This document shows, one piece after another, positions 9,582-18,780 of a stretch of 64,000 nucleotides of DNA; the first letter of the stretch is position 1; each line of letters starts with the position of its first letter. Source of the DNA: an uncultured Eubacteriales bacterium (lineage in GTDB: Bacteria; Bacillota; Clostridia; Oscillospirales; Acutalibacteraceae); the NCBI GenBank assembly GCA_964540415.1, contig CAZIMM010000002.1, forward strand, positions 2,932 to 66,931. Direction: 5' to 3'. The notes beneath the pieces were generated by a model that worked only from the letters and a program-made list of their open reading frames with translations, had not been told where the DNA came from and searched no databases. Position numbers and translations under genes: made by a program.

Positions 9582-9719
9582 TATTTTTGTGCGGAGGAGA
9601 CGGTAAAAACGGAACACGAGCTGTGGAAAATATTCACTCAGAGCGGAAAAATTGAGGATTATCTGAGCTATCGCCGTTTTCTTGACGGCAAGGGTGACGA
9701 CAATGAGGCTGAACACTGA
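9582..9719 (+). CDS. yqzL: YqzL-like small protein (start codon unresolved; coordinates are the stop-to-stop open frame)
   Basis: The frame reads ..TEHELWKIFTQSGKIEDYLSYRRFLDGKGDDNEAEH*, which matches the YqzL family core (W-K-x-F-x-x-[ST]-G-x-I-[DE]-x-Y-L-x-[YF]-[KR]) as I remember it. It also has the conserved era-yqzL-recO position. GGAGGAG sits at 9593-9599. There is no in-frame ATG/GTG/TTG before the conserved Trp. Confidence 0.5.
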   Translation, partial: YFCAEETVKTEHELWKIFTQSGKIEDYLSYRRFLDGKGDDNEAEH

Positions 9720-10443
9720 CGGACTGATAATCAGAGAATACCATACCGGTGAGGCGGACAGACTCGTGACCGTCCTCACGCGGGACATGGGAATAATCAA
9801 GGCTTTTGTCAGAGGCGCACGAGGCGTCAAAAGCAAAAGCCTTTCTTCAACCCAGCTTCTTGCCTACTCGAAGCTGTCGTTTTTTATGGGCAGAGATACA
9901 TACACAATTGACGAGGCGGAGCCGATTGAAGTTTTTTTCGGTTTGCGCAAGGATATTGTCAGGCTTTCGCTGGCACAGTATTTTTGCGAGCTTGACAATG
10001 AGCTTGCTCCGCAGGAGGAAAACGCGGAGGAATATCTGCGGCTGACCCTCAACGCCCTGTATCTGCTCTCAAAGGGAAAGATACCCGCCGAGCAGCTCCG
10101 TGCGACATTCCAGCTGAGGCTTGTCTGCCTTGCGGGCTACACTCCGGATTTGCTCGCTTGCGGAGGCTGCGGTGAATTCGCAAGCGATGAAATGTTTTTT
10201 GACCTGAACAGCGCGTCAATTTTCTGCCCGCACTGTGAAAGGCCGCCGCACTGTGAGAGACTGTCCCTCGGGGTGCTCACGGCAATGCGGCATATCTGCT
10301 ATGCGGAGCAGGAAAAGCTGTTTTCGTTTTCACTTTCGGAGGAGAGTGTGCGCACACTTGCCGCTGTGACAGAAAAATACCTGCTGCTGCAAACACAGCG
10401 CAGGTATAAAACACTTGAGTTTTATAAAACCTTGTTCAACTGA
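9703..10443 (+). CDS. recO: DNA repair protein RecO
   Basis: The ORF track starts at a TTG at 9682. The ATG at 9703 (MRLNTDGLIIREYHTGEADRLV..) gives a typical RecO N-terminus. A Cys4 zinc motif CGGCG...CPHC is present. Confidence 0.9.
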   Translation: MRLNTDGLIIREYHTGEADRLVTVLTRDMGIIKAFVRGARGVKSKSLSSTQLLAYSKLSFFMGRDTYTIDEAEPIEVFFGLRKDIVRLSLAQYFCELDNELAPQEENAEEYLRLTLNALYLLSKGKIPAEQLRATFQLRLVCLAGYTPDLLACGGCGEFASDEMFFDLNSASIFCPHCERPPHCERLSLGVLTAMRHICYAEQEKLFSFSLSEESVRTLAAVTEKYLLLQTQRRYKTLEFYKTLFN

Positions 10444-10953
10444 TCAATCGTCAAACATTGTCAGTTTTCCGGAGCAAAGCAGCTCGGGAAAGTCCCACTG
10501 ACGCAGAACCTCGTATACCCCGATTGCGACGCTGTTTGAAAGATTGAGACTCCTTGCGGAGGAATCGTTTATCATCGGGATGCGCACACAGCTCTCGGGA
10601 TTGTCATGCAGCAGCTGCTCAGGCAGTCCCGCCGTCTCCTTACCAAAAACAAGGAAGGCATTGTCCGGATAACTGATTTGCGTGTAGGTTTTGCGGGCCT
10701 TTGTTGAAAAATAATAGAAGCTTTCGCCTCGATTTGCCTGAAAAAAGGCGTCGAGGCTTTTGTAATAAGTAATGTCAAGCAGATGCCAGTAGTCCAGACC
10801 CGCCCGCTTGAGCTTGCTGTCGTCAACCCTGAAGCCCATCGGCTCAACAAGGTGAAGACGTGCGCCGGTTGCGGCGCACGTCCGTGCAATGTTTCCTGTG
10901 TTTTGCGGAATTTCAGGTTCGACAAGAACAATGTTGAGCTTCATTTTATTCAT
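10444..10953 (-). CDS. trmL: tRNA (cytidine/uridine-2'-O-)-methyltransferase TrmL (SpoU/TrmH family)
   Basis: MKLNIVLVEPEIPQNTGNIARTCAATGARLHLV is a typical TrmL N-terminus. The start is 10953 or 10944. The stop codon abuts the recO stop with a 0-nt gap. Confidence 0.85.
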   Translation of the reverse strand: MNKMKLNIVLVEPEIPQNTGNIARTCAATGARLHLVEPMGFRVDDSKLKRAGLDYWHLLDITYYKSLDAFFQANRGESFYYFSTKARKTYTQISYPDNAFLVFGKETAGLPEQLLHDNPESCVRIPMINDSSARSLNLSNSVAIGVYEVLRQWDFPELLCSGKLTMFDD

Positions 10954-11821
10954 CCGTTACGCCGTCGAAAAGTCTGAGCTTGTACATGAGCTGCGGCAGA
11001 CCTCTTTCAAAATCAACACCGTAACGCAGGTCCTTGTCGCTCTCCTGTGTGCGTGCAATGCAGCCGTGAGTGAACTCGGTTGCAATCGCAACAGCCTTGC
11101 TCAGCGGGAAGCCGTTTGTCAGTGCCGCGCACAGCACGCTTGCAAAAACGTCGCCTGTGCCGTGGTACATTCCGTCGAGCCTCGTCGTCATTGTGCGTGA
11201 GAACTCGCCGCTGTTCCTGTCATAGCTCGCAGCACCGAGATATTCGTTGTCGAAGCAAACACCCGTGAGCACAACCCTCGACGGCCCCATTGCGCTGAGC
11301 TTCTTGAGCATACTCTCAACATATTCCTCCGTGTACGGCGGCTCAACGTATGTTTCGCCGAGAATGAACGCCGCTTCGGTGAAGTTGGGCACAATGATGT
11401 CCGCGTCCGCGCACAGTGCCGACATTGCCTTGGCAAAGTCCATATCAAAGCAGGAATACATCTTGCCGTAATCGGCCATGGCGGGGTCAACGAGAACAAA
11501 ATTGTCGGCTGTCTTGAATTTACTTACAAATTCACGGACAATTTCAATTTGGTCGAACGAGCCGAGAAATCCGGTGTAAATTGCGTCAAACTTGAGATCA
11601 AGTGACTTCCAGTGATTTGTTATCGGACGCATGTCCTCTGTCAAATCCCTGTAGGTGAAGCCGGTGAAGCCGCCGGTGTGGGTTGAGAGAACTGCTGTCG
11701 GCATAACTGCGGTTTCGATTCCTGCGGCGGAAATTATGGGAAGAGCCACGGTGAGAGAGCATTTGCCGAAGCCTGAGATGTCGTGTATGGCGATAACTCT
11801 TTTTTGTCTGTCCATAGTCAT
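10946..11821 (-). CDS. pdxK: pyridoxal/pyridoxamine kinase
   Basis: 291 aa. The N-terminus RVIAIHDISGFGKCSLTVALPIISAAGIE..MPTAVLSTHTGGF is typical of the PdxK/PdxY ribokinase-like family. Confidence 0.8.
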   Translation of the reverse strand: MTMDRQKRVIAIHDISGFGKCSLTVALPIISAAGIETAVMPTAVLSTHTGGFTGFTYRDLTEDMRPITNHWKSLDLKFDAIYTGFLGSFDQIEIVREFVSKFKTADNFVLVDPAMADYGKMYSCFDMDFAKAMSALCADADIIVPNFTEAAFILGETYVEPPYTEEYVESMLKKLSAMGPSRVVLTGVCFDNEYLGAASYDRNSGEFSRTMTTRLDGMYHGTGDVFASVLCAALTNGFPLSKAVAIATEFTHGCIARTQESDKDLRYGVDFERGLPQLMYKLRLFDGVTDE

Positions 11822-11858
11822 ATTCCTCCCGAAATATATTTGACTTGTCTGTGGCAGC

Positions 11859-13373
11859 TTATTTGATGAGGCTTTTGCCTGTCATCTGAGTCGGCTGTTC
11901 AATGCCCATAATCTGAAGTAGAGTCGGTGCTATGTCGCACAGTCTGCCGCCCTCTCTCAGCTCGCACGGATAGCCCGTAACGCAGAACGGCACGGTGAAC
12001 GTGGTGTGAGCGGTGAATGGCGAGCCGTCCGGCTCGAGCATTTTATCCGCGTTGCCGTGGTCTGCGGTGATAACCATAACGCCGGCCTTTTTGCCGACAA
12101 CCGCGTCATAAACCTTGCCGACGCACTCGTCAACCGCTTCAACTGCCTTGACAGCAGCATCGAATATTCCTGTGTGACCAACCATGTCACAGTTTGCAAA
12201 ATTGAGAACGATAACGTCATATTCGTCCGCAAGAACCTTTTCAACAACCTTGTCGGCAACGGCGTAAGCGCTCATTTCGGGCTTAAGGTCATAGGTCGGA
12301 ACGTCGGGTGAATCAATCATGATTCTGTCCTCGCCGTCATAAACCGTCTCGCTGCCGCCGTTGAGGAAAAAGGTGACGTGTGCGTATTTTGTGTATTCCG
12401 CAATTCTAAGCTGCTTGAGTCCATGTCTGCTTACAACCTCGCCGAACGGCATATCGAGCGACTGCGGTGCAAAAGCAATGTGAACATTCGGCATGGTGGC
12501 GTCATACTGTGTCATGCAGACGTAATAAAGACTGAGCTTTTCGCTGCGCTCAAAGCCGTCAAAATCACTGTCAACAAAAGCGCGTGTGATTTCTCTGGCG
12601 CGGTCTGGGCGGAAGTTGAAGAAAACGAAGCTGTCTCCGGATTTGACCTTCTGCGCCTTGTCGCTTACGCACGGGATAATGAACTCGTCTGTCACTCCGT
12701 CGGCATAGGACTGCGTCATCATCTCCGTGCCGGAGGAAAACACGGGAGCGTCGAGAGCCGTCAGGGCGCGGTACGCCTTTTCAACTCTTTCAAAGCGCTT
12801 TTCCCTGTCCATTGCGTAGTATCTGCCCATGATTGAGGCGATTGTGCCGACACCGAGCTCCGAGCATTTTTCTTCAAGCTCTCTGACAAAGTCAACGCCC
12901 GACGTGGGAGGCACATCTCTGCCGTCCATGAGGCAGTGAATGAACACGTTTTCAACGCCGTTGCGCTTTGCCATTTCCAGCAGAGCGTAAAGGTGTGTGT
13001 TGTGGCTGTGCACGCCGCCGTCCGACAGCAGACCCATCAGATGCAGCGCGGAGCCGTTCTTTTTGCAGTTTTCCATTGCGCCGAGAAGCACCGGATTTTC
13101 AAAAAAGTCGCCGTCGGCAATGGATTTTGTGATTCTGGTCAGTTCCTGATAAACAACTCTGCCGGCGCCTATGTTTGTGTGGCCTACCTCACTGTTGCCC
13201 ATCTGACCGTCGGGGAGACCGACATCCATGCCCGACGCACCGATGAAGGTCGTCGGGTTTGAGGAAAATATGCTGTCGAGCCTCGGAGTTTTCGCGGCGG
13301 TTATGGCGTTGCCGTAAGCGTCGCTGTTTTTACCGAAGCCGTCCATTATGCAAAGAAAAACAGGTTTCTTCAT
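11859..13373 (-). CDS. gpmI: 2,3-bisphosphoglycerate-independent phosphoglycerate mutase
   Basis: 504 aa. MKKPVFLCIMDGFG.., ..NSEVGHTNIGAGR.., ..ADHGNA.. Confidence 0.95.
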   Translation of the reverse strand: MKKPVFLCIMDGFGKNSDAYGNAITAAKTPRLDSIFSSNPTTFIGASGMDVGLPDGQMGNSEVGHTNIGAGRVVYQELTRITKSIADGDFFENPVLLGAMENCKKNGSALHLMGLLSDGGVHSHNTHLYALLEMAKRNGVENVFIHCLMDGRDVPPTSGVDFVRELEEKCSELGVGTIASIMGRYYAMDREKRFERVEKAYRALTALDAPVFSSGTEMMTQSYADGVTDEFIIPCVSDKAQKVKSGDSFVFFNFRPDRAREITRAFVDSDFDGFERSEKLSLYYVCMTQYDATMPNVHIAFAPQSLDMPFGEVVSRHGLKQLRIAEYTKYAHVTFFLNGGSETVYDGEDRIMIDSPDVPTYDLKPEMSAYAVADKVVEKVLADEYDVIVLNFANCDMVGHTGIFDAAVKAVEAVDECVGKVYDAVVGKKAGVMVITADHGNADKMLEPDGSPFTAHTTFTVPFCVTGYPCELREGGRLCDIAPTLLQIMGIEQPTQMTGKSLIK

Positions 13374-13382
13374 TTTTTCTCC

Positions 13383-14150
13383 TTATCTTGAAGCTGCCTT
13401 GACTATCGCGGCAAAATCCGGAGCCTTGAGTGACGCGCCGCCGATCAGTCCGCCGTCAACATCGTATTCGTCGAGAAGCTCCTCGGCATTTTTGGCATTC
13501 ATTGAGCCGCCGTACTGAACAACAAAGCTGTCAGCCGCCGCCTTTCCGTAAAGCTCGCAAATGAGTGCGCGGATTGCGCAGTTGACCTCGTTTGCCTGTG
13601 CAGCTGTTGCGGTGAGTCCGGTGCCGATTGCCCAGACGGGCTCGTATGCAATAATGATTTTCTCAAGCTCTTTTTCGGAAACACCCTCAAGAGCAAGCTT
13701 AACCTGCTTGCGGACAACCTCCATTGTGATGTCGGAAAGTCTTTCTTCCTTGCGCTCGCCGACACAGAGGATAACGGTCAATCCCTCGTTAAGGGCGGCG
13801 CGGACTCTGTCGTGAACGGTTGCATCGGTTTCACCGAAATACTGTCTGCGCTCGGAGTGGCCGATAATAACATATTCAACACCGATGCTCTTCAGCATTT
13901 CCGCCGAAACTTCTCCCGTGAAAGCGCCGCTTGTCGCCCAGTGGCAGTTCTCGGCACCGACCTTGATGTTTGTGCCCTCGGTTTTTTCGATTGCAGTGAA
14001 AAGGTCAATGTACGGCACGCAGACAACTACGTCGCAGTCAGCATCGGCAACGAGAGGCTTTATCTCGTCGAGAAGGGCTGATGCCTGTGCCGGTGTGTTG
14101 TTCATTTTCCAGTTGCCCGCTATCACTGCGCGGCGAAGCTTTTTATCCAT
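13383..14150 (-). CDS. tpiA: triosephosphate isomerase
   Basis: ATG at 14150 is preceded by GGAGGA with a 6-nt spacer. MDKKLRRAVIAGNWKMN.., ..IGHSERR.., ..AYEPVWAIGTG... The upstream extension to 14207 in the ORF track has no SD. Confidence 0.95.
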   Translation of the reverse strand: MDKKLRRAVIAGNWKMNNTPAQASALLDEIKPLVADADCDVVVCVPYIDLFTAIEKTEGTNIKVGAENCHWATSGAFTGEVSAEMLKSIGVEYVIIGHSERRQYFGETDATVHDRVRAALNEGLTVILCVGERKEERLSDITMEVVRKQVKLALEGVSEKELEKIIIAYEPVWAIGTGLTATAAQANEVNCAIRALICELYGKAAADSFVVQYGGSMNAKNAEELLDEYDVDGGLIGGASLKAPDFAAIVKAASR

Positions 14151-14228
14151 GATTGATCCTCCAAATATTATTTTATAAATATGAGGACGGACACTGCCCG
14201 TCCCCAATTATGACGTTGTTTTGTTCGA

Positions 14229-15452
14229 TTATTTGTCTGCAAGGGCGACAATGCCGGGGAGAGGCTTGCCCTCAAGGAACTCGAGAGTTGCGCCGCCGCC
14301 GGTGGAGATGTGTGACATTCTGTCGGCAAATCCGAGCTTCTCAACAGCCGCAACGGAGTCTCCGCCGCCGACAATCGAGATTGCTCCGGATTCCGCAACG
14401 GCATTTGCAACGGCGATTGTGCCGGAGGCGAATGCGTCCCATTCGGAAACGCCCATGGGTCCGTTCCAGATAACGGTCTTTGCGTTCTTGATTGCATCTG
14501 CAAAAAGATTCTGGGACTTCGGTCCGATATCAAGACCCATCCATCCCTCGGGGATATCGTCGGAATTGACAACCATGCTCTCGGTGTCCGCTTTGTATTC
14601 CTTGCCGACCTTGTTGTCAACCGGGATGAGGAATTCAACGCCTTTTTCTTTCGCGCTGTTCATGATGTCAAGAGCAAGGCCGAGTTTGTCTTCTTCGCAA
14701 AGTGAGCTGCCGGTCATATGACCGAGGGCTCTCATGAAAGTGTAAGCCATAGCGCCGCCGATGATGAGCGTGTCAACACTGTTGAGCAGGTTTGTGATAA
14801 CACCGATTTTGTCCGAAACCTTTGCACCGCCGAGGATGGCGACGAACGGCCTTTCGGGGTCGGCGAGTGCCTTGCCCATATAGTCAATTTCCTTCTGAAT
14901 GAGCAGGCCGCAGGCGCTCGGCAAAAACTCCGCAACACCGGCTGTGGAGCAATGTGCCCTGTGGACTGTTCCGAAAGCGTCACTGACAAATATTTCCGCA
15001 AGCGATGCGAACTGTTTTGACAGCTCAACGTTGTTTTTCTGTTCGCCTGCCTCAAAGCGTACGTTTTCAAGCAGCATTGCTTCGCCGTCTTTGAGCGAAG
15101 AAGCAAGAGCCTTTGCACTGTCGCCGACAACGTCCGATGCCATTTTTACTTCAATACCCAGCAGCTCCGAGAGCCTTGCACAAACGGGCTTGAGCGAAAA
15201 AGCTTCTTCGTAGCCTGTGCCGGAGGGTCTGCCCAGGTGAGAGCAAAGAATAACCTTTGCACCGTTTTCAAGCAGGTATTTAATTGTGGGCAGGGCGGCG
15301 ACGATTCTTGTGTCGTTTTGAATAACGCCGTCCTTGATGGGAACATTGAAATCGCAGCGCACGAGCACCTTTTTGGCGGAAACCTGCAAATCCTTAACCG
15401 AAACCTTGTTAAGTGCGTCCATTTGTTGAATACATCCTTTCGCGTCTTTCAT
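14229..15452 (-). CDS. pgk: phosphoglycerate kinase
   Basis: 407-codon ORF. ..[10 protein letters not shown].., ..SHLGRP.., ..STGGGA... The start is ambiguous (15452 or the ATG at 15422); neither has a strong SD. Confidence 0.93.
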   Translation of the reverse strand: MKDAKGCIQQMDALNKVSVKDLQVSAKKVLVRCDFNVPIKDGVIQNDTRIVAALPTIKYLLENGAKVILCSHLGRPSGTGYEEAFSLKPVCARLSELLGIEVKMASDVVGDSAKALASSLKDGEAMLLENVRFEAGEQKNNVELSKQFASLAEIFVSDAFGTVHRAHCSTAGVAEFLPSACGLLIQKEIDYMGKALADPERPFVAILGGAKVSDKIGVITNLLNSVDTLIIGGAMAYTFMRALGHMTGSSLCEEDKLGLALDIMNSAKEKGVEFLIPVDNKVGKEYKADTESMVVNSDDIPEGWMGLDIGPKSQNLFADAIKNAKTVIWNGPMGVSEWDAFASGTIAVANAVAESGAISIVGGGDSVAAVEKLGFADRMSHISTGGGATLEFLEGKPLPGIVALADK

Positions 15453-15626
15453 ACTGCTGTGACAAAAACTGTTAATTGTCGGTCACATTACAATACCGTA
15501 TTGTATACCAAAACTTTCTTTTTTACAATAGCAAATAAGTTTGTTAATTAACATCCGCAGAGTGATATTTTTGTCTAAAGCGCTAAAAATATTCGGGTTT
15601 TCTTTGAAAAGTGTTCATTTATGACA

Positions 15627-15655
15627 TTGACTAAACCAAAAGCCGCGCATATAAT
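15627..15655 (+). promoter_or_regulatory. sigma-A type promoter of the serC operon (TTGACT-17-TATAAT)
   Basis: TTGACT at 15627-15632, 17-nt spacer, TATAAT at 15650-15655. It is about 45 nt upstream of the serC ATG (SD GGAGG at about 15685). Confidence 0.65.
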
Positions 15656-15699
15656 ATGAAACATAGGTTTTTCTAAATGAAAATCGGAGGTATAAGCAA

Positions 15700-16782
15700 A
15701 TGTCCAGAGTATTCAATTTTTCGGCGGGTCCGTCAATGTTGCCGGAATCCGTTCTCAACAGAGCCGCGGCGGAAATGCTCGACTATAAGGGCAGCGGACA
15801 GTCGGTTATGGAGATGTCACACCGCTCAAAGGTTTTTGAAGGAATTCTTGCCGAGGCAAAGGCACTCATGAAAGAGCTCCTCAACGTGCCGGATGATTAC
15901 AGTATCCTGTTCCTTCAGGGCGGCGCGTCCACACAGTTTGCTGCAATTCCTCTCAACTTTCTTAACGGCTCCGGAAAAGCAGATTACGTTCTCACCGGTC
16001 AGTTCTCCACAAAAGCATTCAAAGAAGCGCAGAAGTACGGCAACGTGCGCGAGGTTGCATCGTCAAAGGATAAAACCTTCTCCTATATTCCGAAGCTCAC
16101 GAGAGCGGATTTTGACCCTGAGGCGGATTATGTCTACATCTGCTTTAACAACACAGTTTACGGCACAACCTATAAATACATCCCCGACACCGGCAGCGTT
16201 CCGCTTTTTGCGGACATTTCTTCCTGCTTTCTTTCGGAGCCGATGGATGTTTCAAAATTCGGCCTCGTTTACGGCGGTGCGCAGAAGAACGTCGCACCTG
16301 CCGGCCTGACAATCGTCATCGTCCGCAACGACCTTCTCGGCAACGCAAGGGATGTCACCCCGTCCATGCTTGACTACAAGATAATGGCTGATAACGATTC
16401 ACTTTACAACACACCGCCGTGCTATTCGATTTATATGTGCAAGCTGGTTCTTGAATGGATAAAGAACCTCGGCGGTCTTGAGGCAATGAAGGCACACAAC
16501 CTCAAAAAGGCGCTTGTGCTCTATGATTACCTTGACTCAAGCGAGCTGTTCAAGGCTCCGGTTGTCAAGGAAGACAGGTCAATGATGAACGTCACATTTG
16601 TAACGGGCGATGCCGACAAGGATGCAAAGTTCATTGCTCAGGCAGCGCAGGCGGGCTTTGTCAACATCAAGGGCCACCGCTCCGTCGGCGGCATGAGAGC
16701 TTCCATCTATAACGCGATGCCTGTTGAAGGCGTCGAGAAGCTTGTCGATTTCATGGCAGAGTTTGAAAAAAATAATAAGTAA
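15700..16782 (+). CDS. serC: 3-phosphoserine aminotransferase
   Basis: 360 aa. MSRVFNFSAGPSMLPESVL.. is a canonical SerC N-terminus. Confidence 0.93.
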   Translation: MSRVFNFSAGPSMLPESVLNRAAAEMLDYKGSGQSVMEMSHRSKVFEGILAEAKALMKELLNVPDDYSILFLQGGASTQFAAIPLNFLNGSGKADYVLTGQFSTKAFKEAQKYGNVREVASSKDKTFSYIPKLTRADFDPEADYVYICFNNTVYGTTYKYIPDTGSVPLFADISSCFLSEPMDVSKFGLVYGGAQKNVAPAGLTIVIVRNDLLGNARDVTPSMLDYKIMADNDSLYNTPPCYSIYMCKLVLEWIKNLGGLEAMKAHNLKKALVLYDYLDSSELFKAPVVKEDRSMMNVTFVTGDADKDAKFIAQAAQAGFVNIKGHRSVGGMRASIYNAMPVEGVEKLVDFMAEFEKNNK

Positions 16783-16798
16783 CACGGAGCTGACAGAT

Positions 16799-17953
16799 AT
16801 GTTTGAAATTCTCACCCTCAACAAAATAGCAAAGTGCGGAACGGAAAAATTCGGCGGCGAATACAATTGCTCGGAAAATGCTTCGGCACCCGATGCAATC
16901 ATGGTGCGCTCAGCCGCAATGCACGAAATGGATTTTGCTGACAACACTCTCGCAATTGCGAGGGCGGGCGCGGGTGTTAACAACATTCCGATTGAAAAAT
17001 GCACACAAAGCGGAATCGCCGTTTTCAACACCCCCGGCGCAAACGCAAACGCCGTCAAGGAGCTTATTCTGTGCGCACTGCTCATGACCTCCCGCAAAAT
17101 TCCCGCGGCAATGGAATGGTGTGCGGGGCTTAAGGGCGAGGGTGACGCGGTCGGCAAGCTTGTTGAAAAAGGCAAGAGCGCTTTTGCAGGCCCCGAAATC
17201 ATGGGCAAGACGCTCGGAGTTGTCGGCCTCGGCGCAATCGGCGCTCTCGTTGCAAACGATGCGGCAAAGCTCGGAATGAATGTTGTCGGTTATGACCCGT
17301 TCCTGAGTGTCAGGGGAGCGCTTGCGCTGTCTCCCGAAATCAAGGTTGTCGAAAAGCTTGACGAATTGTTCGCTGTCTGCGATTATCTGACCCTGCACGT
17401 TCCGCTCAACGATTCCACCAGGAGCACTGTCAGCGCAGCAAGCATTGCAAAGATGAAGGACGGAGTTCGTATTCTCAACTTTGCAAGAGGCGAGCTGGTT
17501 GATTCGCAGGATATTGTTGAAGCAGTCAACAGCGGAAAGGTCGCGGCATACGCCACCGATTTCCCGACCGATGCCCAGCTTCAGACCCCCGGAATAATCG
17601 CCATTCCCCATCTCGGCGCATCAACCCCCGAATCCGAGGACAATTGCGCGGTTATGGCCGCTCTCGAATTAAAGGCTTATCTTGAAAAGGGCGAAACAGT
17701 GAATTCCGTCAATCTTCCCCCCGTGGTACTGCCTGCGGTCAAAAACGCCCGCATTTGCGTTATCGGCTCACAGGAAGCTGTCGGAGAGGCGACTGCCGTG
17801 CTTTCAAAAATCAACACAACAATGCTCACCTCCGTCGCAGGCAGGGGAGTGTCATATCTTGCAGCCGACATTGACGATACAGCTGCCGCGGAGTCTGCTG
17901 CAGGTGAGCTGAGACTGCTTCCCGGAGTTATCCGCGTCAGAGTTATCAAATGA
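16799..17953 (+). CDS. serA: D-3-phosphoglycerate dehydrogenase (short form)
   Basis: The ATG at 16799 (MFEILTLNKI..) follows a GGAG. D-2-hydroxyacid dehydrogenase fold with the GLGAIG nucleotide motif. The ORF-track start at 16724 overlaps serC and is unlikely. Confidence 0.85.
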   Translation: MFEILTLNKIAKCGTEKFGGEYNCSENASAPDAIMVRSAAMHEMDFADNTLAIARAGAGVNNIPIEKCTQSGIAVFNTPGANANAVKELILCALLMTSRKIPAAMEWCAGLKGEGDAVGKLVEKGKSAFAGPEIMGKTLGVVGLGAIGALVANDAAKLGMNVVGYDPFLSVRGALALSPEIKVVEKLDELFAVCDYLTLHVPLNDSTRSTVSAASIAKMKDGVRILNFARGELVDSQDIVEAVNSGKVAAYATDFPTDAQLQTPGIIAIPHLGASTPESEDNCAVMAALELKAYLEKGETVNSVNLPPVVLPAVKNARICVIGSQEAVGEATAVLSKINTTMLTSVAGRGVSYLAADIDDTAAAESAAGELRLLPGVIRVRVIK

Positions 17954-18780
17954 AAACTCTGTATGTTTCAGACCTCGACGGCACATTGCTGACGCCGGAT
18001 ATCGAGGTGTCGGATTTCACCGCGGAGACCCTCAATCGCCTTATCGCAAGGGGATTGAACTTCAGCGTCGCAACTGCGCGAACCGCATTCACAGTGATGC
18101 CCATTTTGAATAAAATCAATCTCAACGTGCCGCTTATTTTGATGAACGGCACTGTTGTTTTTGATGCGCAAAAAAGGGAATACCTGAAGACGGATTACCT
18201 GCCGGAAACGGCCGCGCAGGCACTTTTCGAAACGTTGAAAAAGAACAACGCGTCCGGCTTTGTTTATGTCATTGAGGACGGTGTACTCAAATCCTGTTAT
18301 GAAAAGCTCGACAATGAGCACTCACGGGTGTTCATGGAGGAGCGCAAAAAGAAATACAGCAAAAGCTTCACAAAGCTGGAAAGCTATTCGGTCATCAATA
18401 AGGGAAATATTGTTTTTTTCTCCTATGCCGACACTTTTGAAAAGGTTTCTCCGATTAAGGAGGAGCTTGAGAAGCGGGATGATCTGCATGTGGAGTTTTA
18501 TCACGACATTTACGCCGACGGAATGTGGTTTCTCGAGGTCTGCAATCCCGCAGCGTCAAAGAGGTCGGCGCTCGATTTTCTGCGGGCTTACGGCGGTTAC
18601 GAAAAGGTGGTCAGCTTCGGAGACAATCTCAACGATGTCCCGCTTTTTTCGGGCAGTGATGTTTCCTGCGCAATGGCAAACGCAAAGCCGGGCGCAATAG
18701 AGAAAGCGGACTTTGTTATTCTCGGCAACGACCGTGACGGTGTTGCAAGATGGATTGAGGAGGACTTCGCAAATGGCTGA
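17950..18780 (+). CDS. Cof-type HAD-IIB family phosphatase
   Basis: 276 aa. HAD motif I MKTLYVSDLDGTLL and motif IV GDNLNDVPLF. Its start overlaps the serA stop as ATGA. Confidence 0.8.
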   Translation: MKTLYVSDLDGTLLTPDIEVSDFTAETLNRLIARGLNFSVATARTAFTVMPILNKINLNVPLILMNGTVVFDAQKREYLKTDYLPETAAQALFETLKKNNASGFVYVIEDGVLKSCYEKLDNEHSRVFMEERKKKYSKSFTKLESYSVINKGNIVFFSYADTFEKVSPIKEELEKRDDLHVEFYHDIYADGMWFLEVCNPAASKRSALDFLRAYGGYEKVVSFGDNLNDVPLFSGSDVSCAMANAKPGAIEKADFVILGNDRDGVARWIEEDFANG

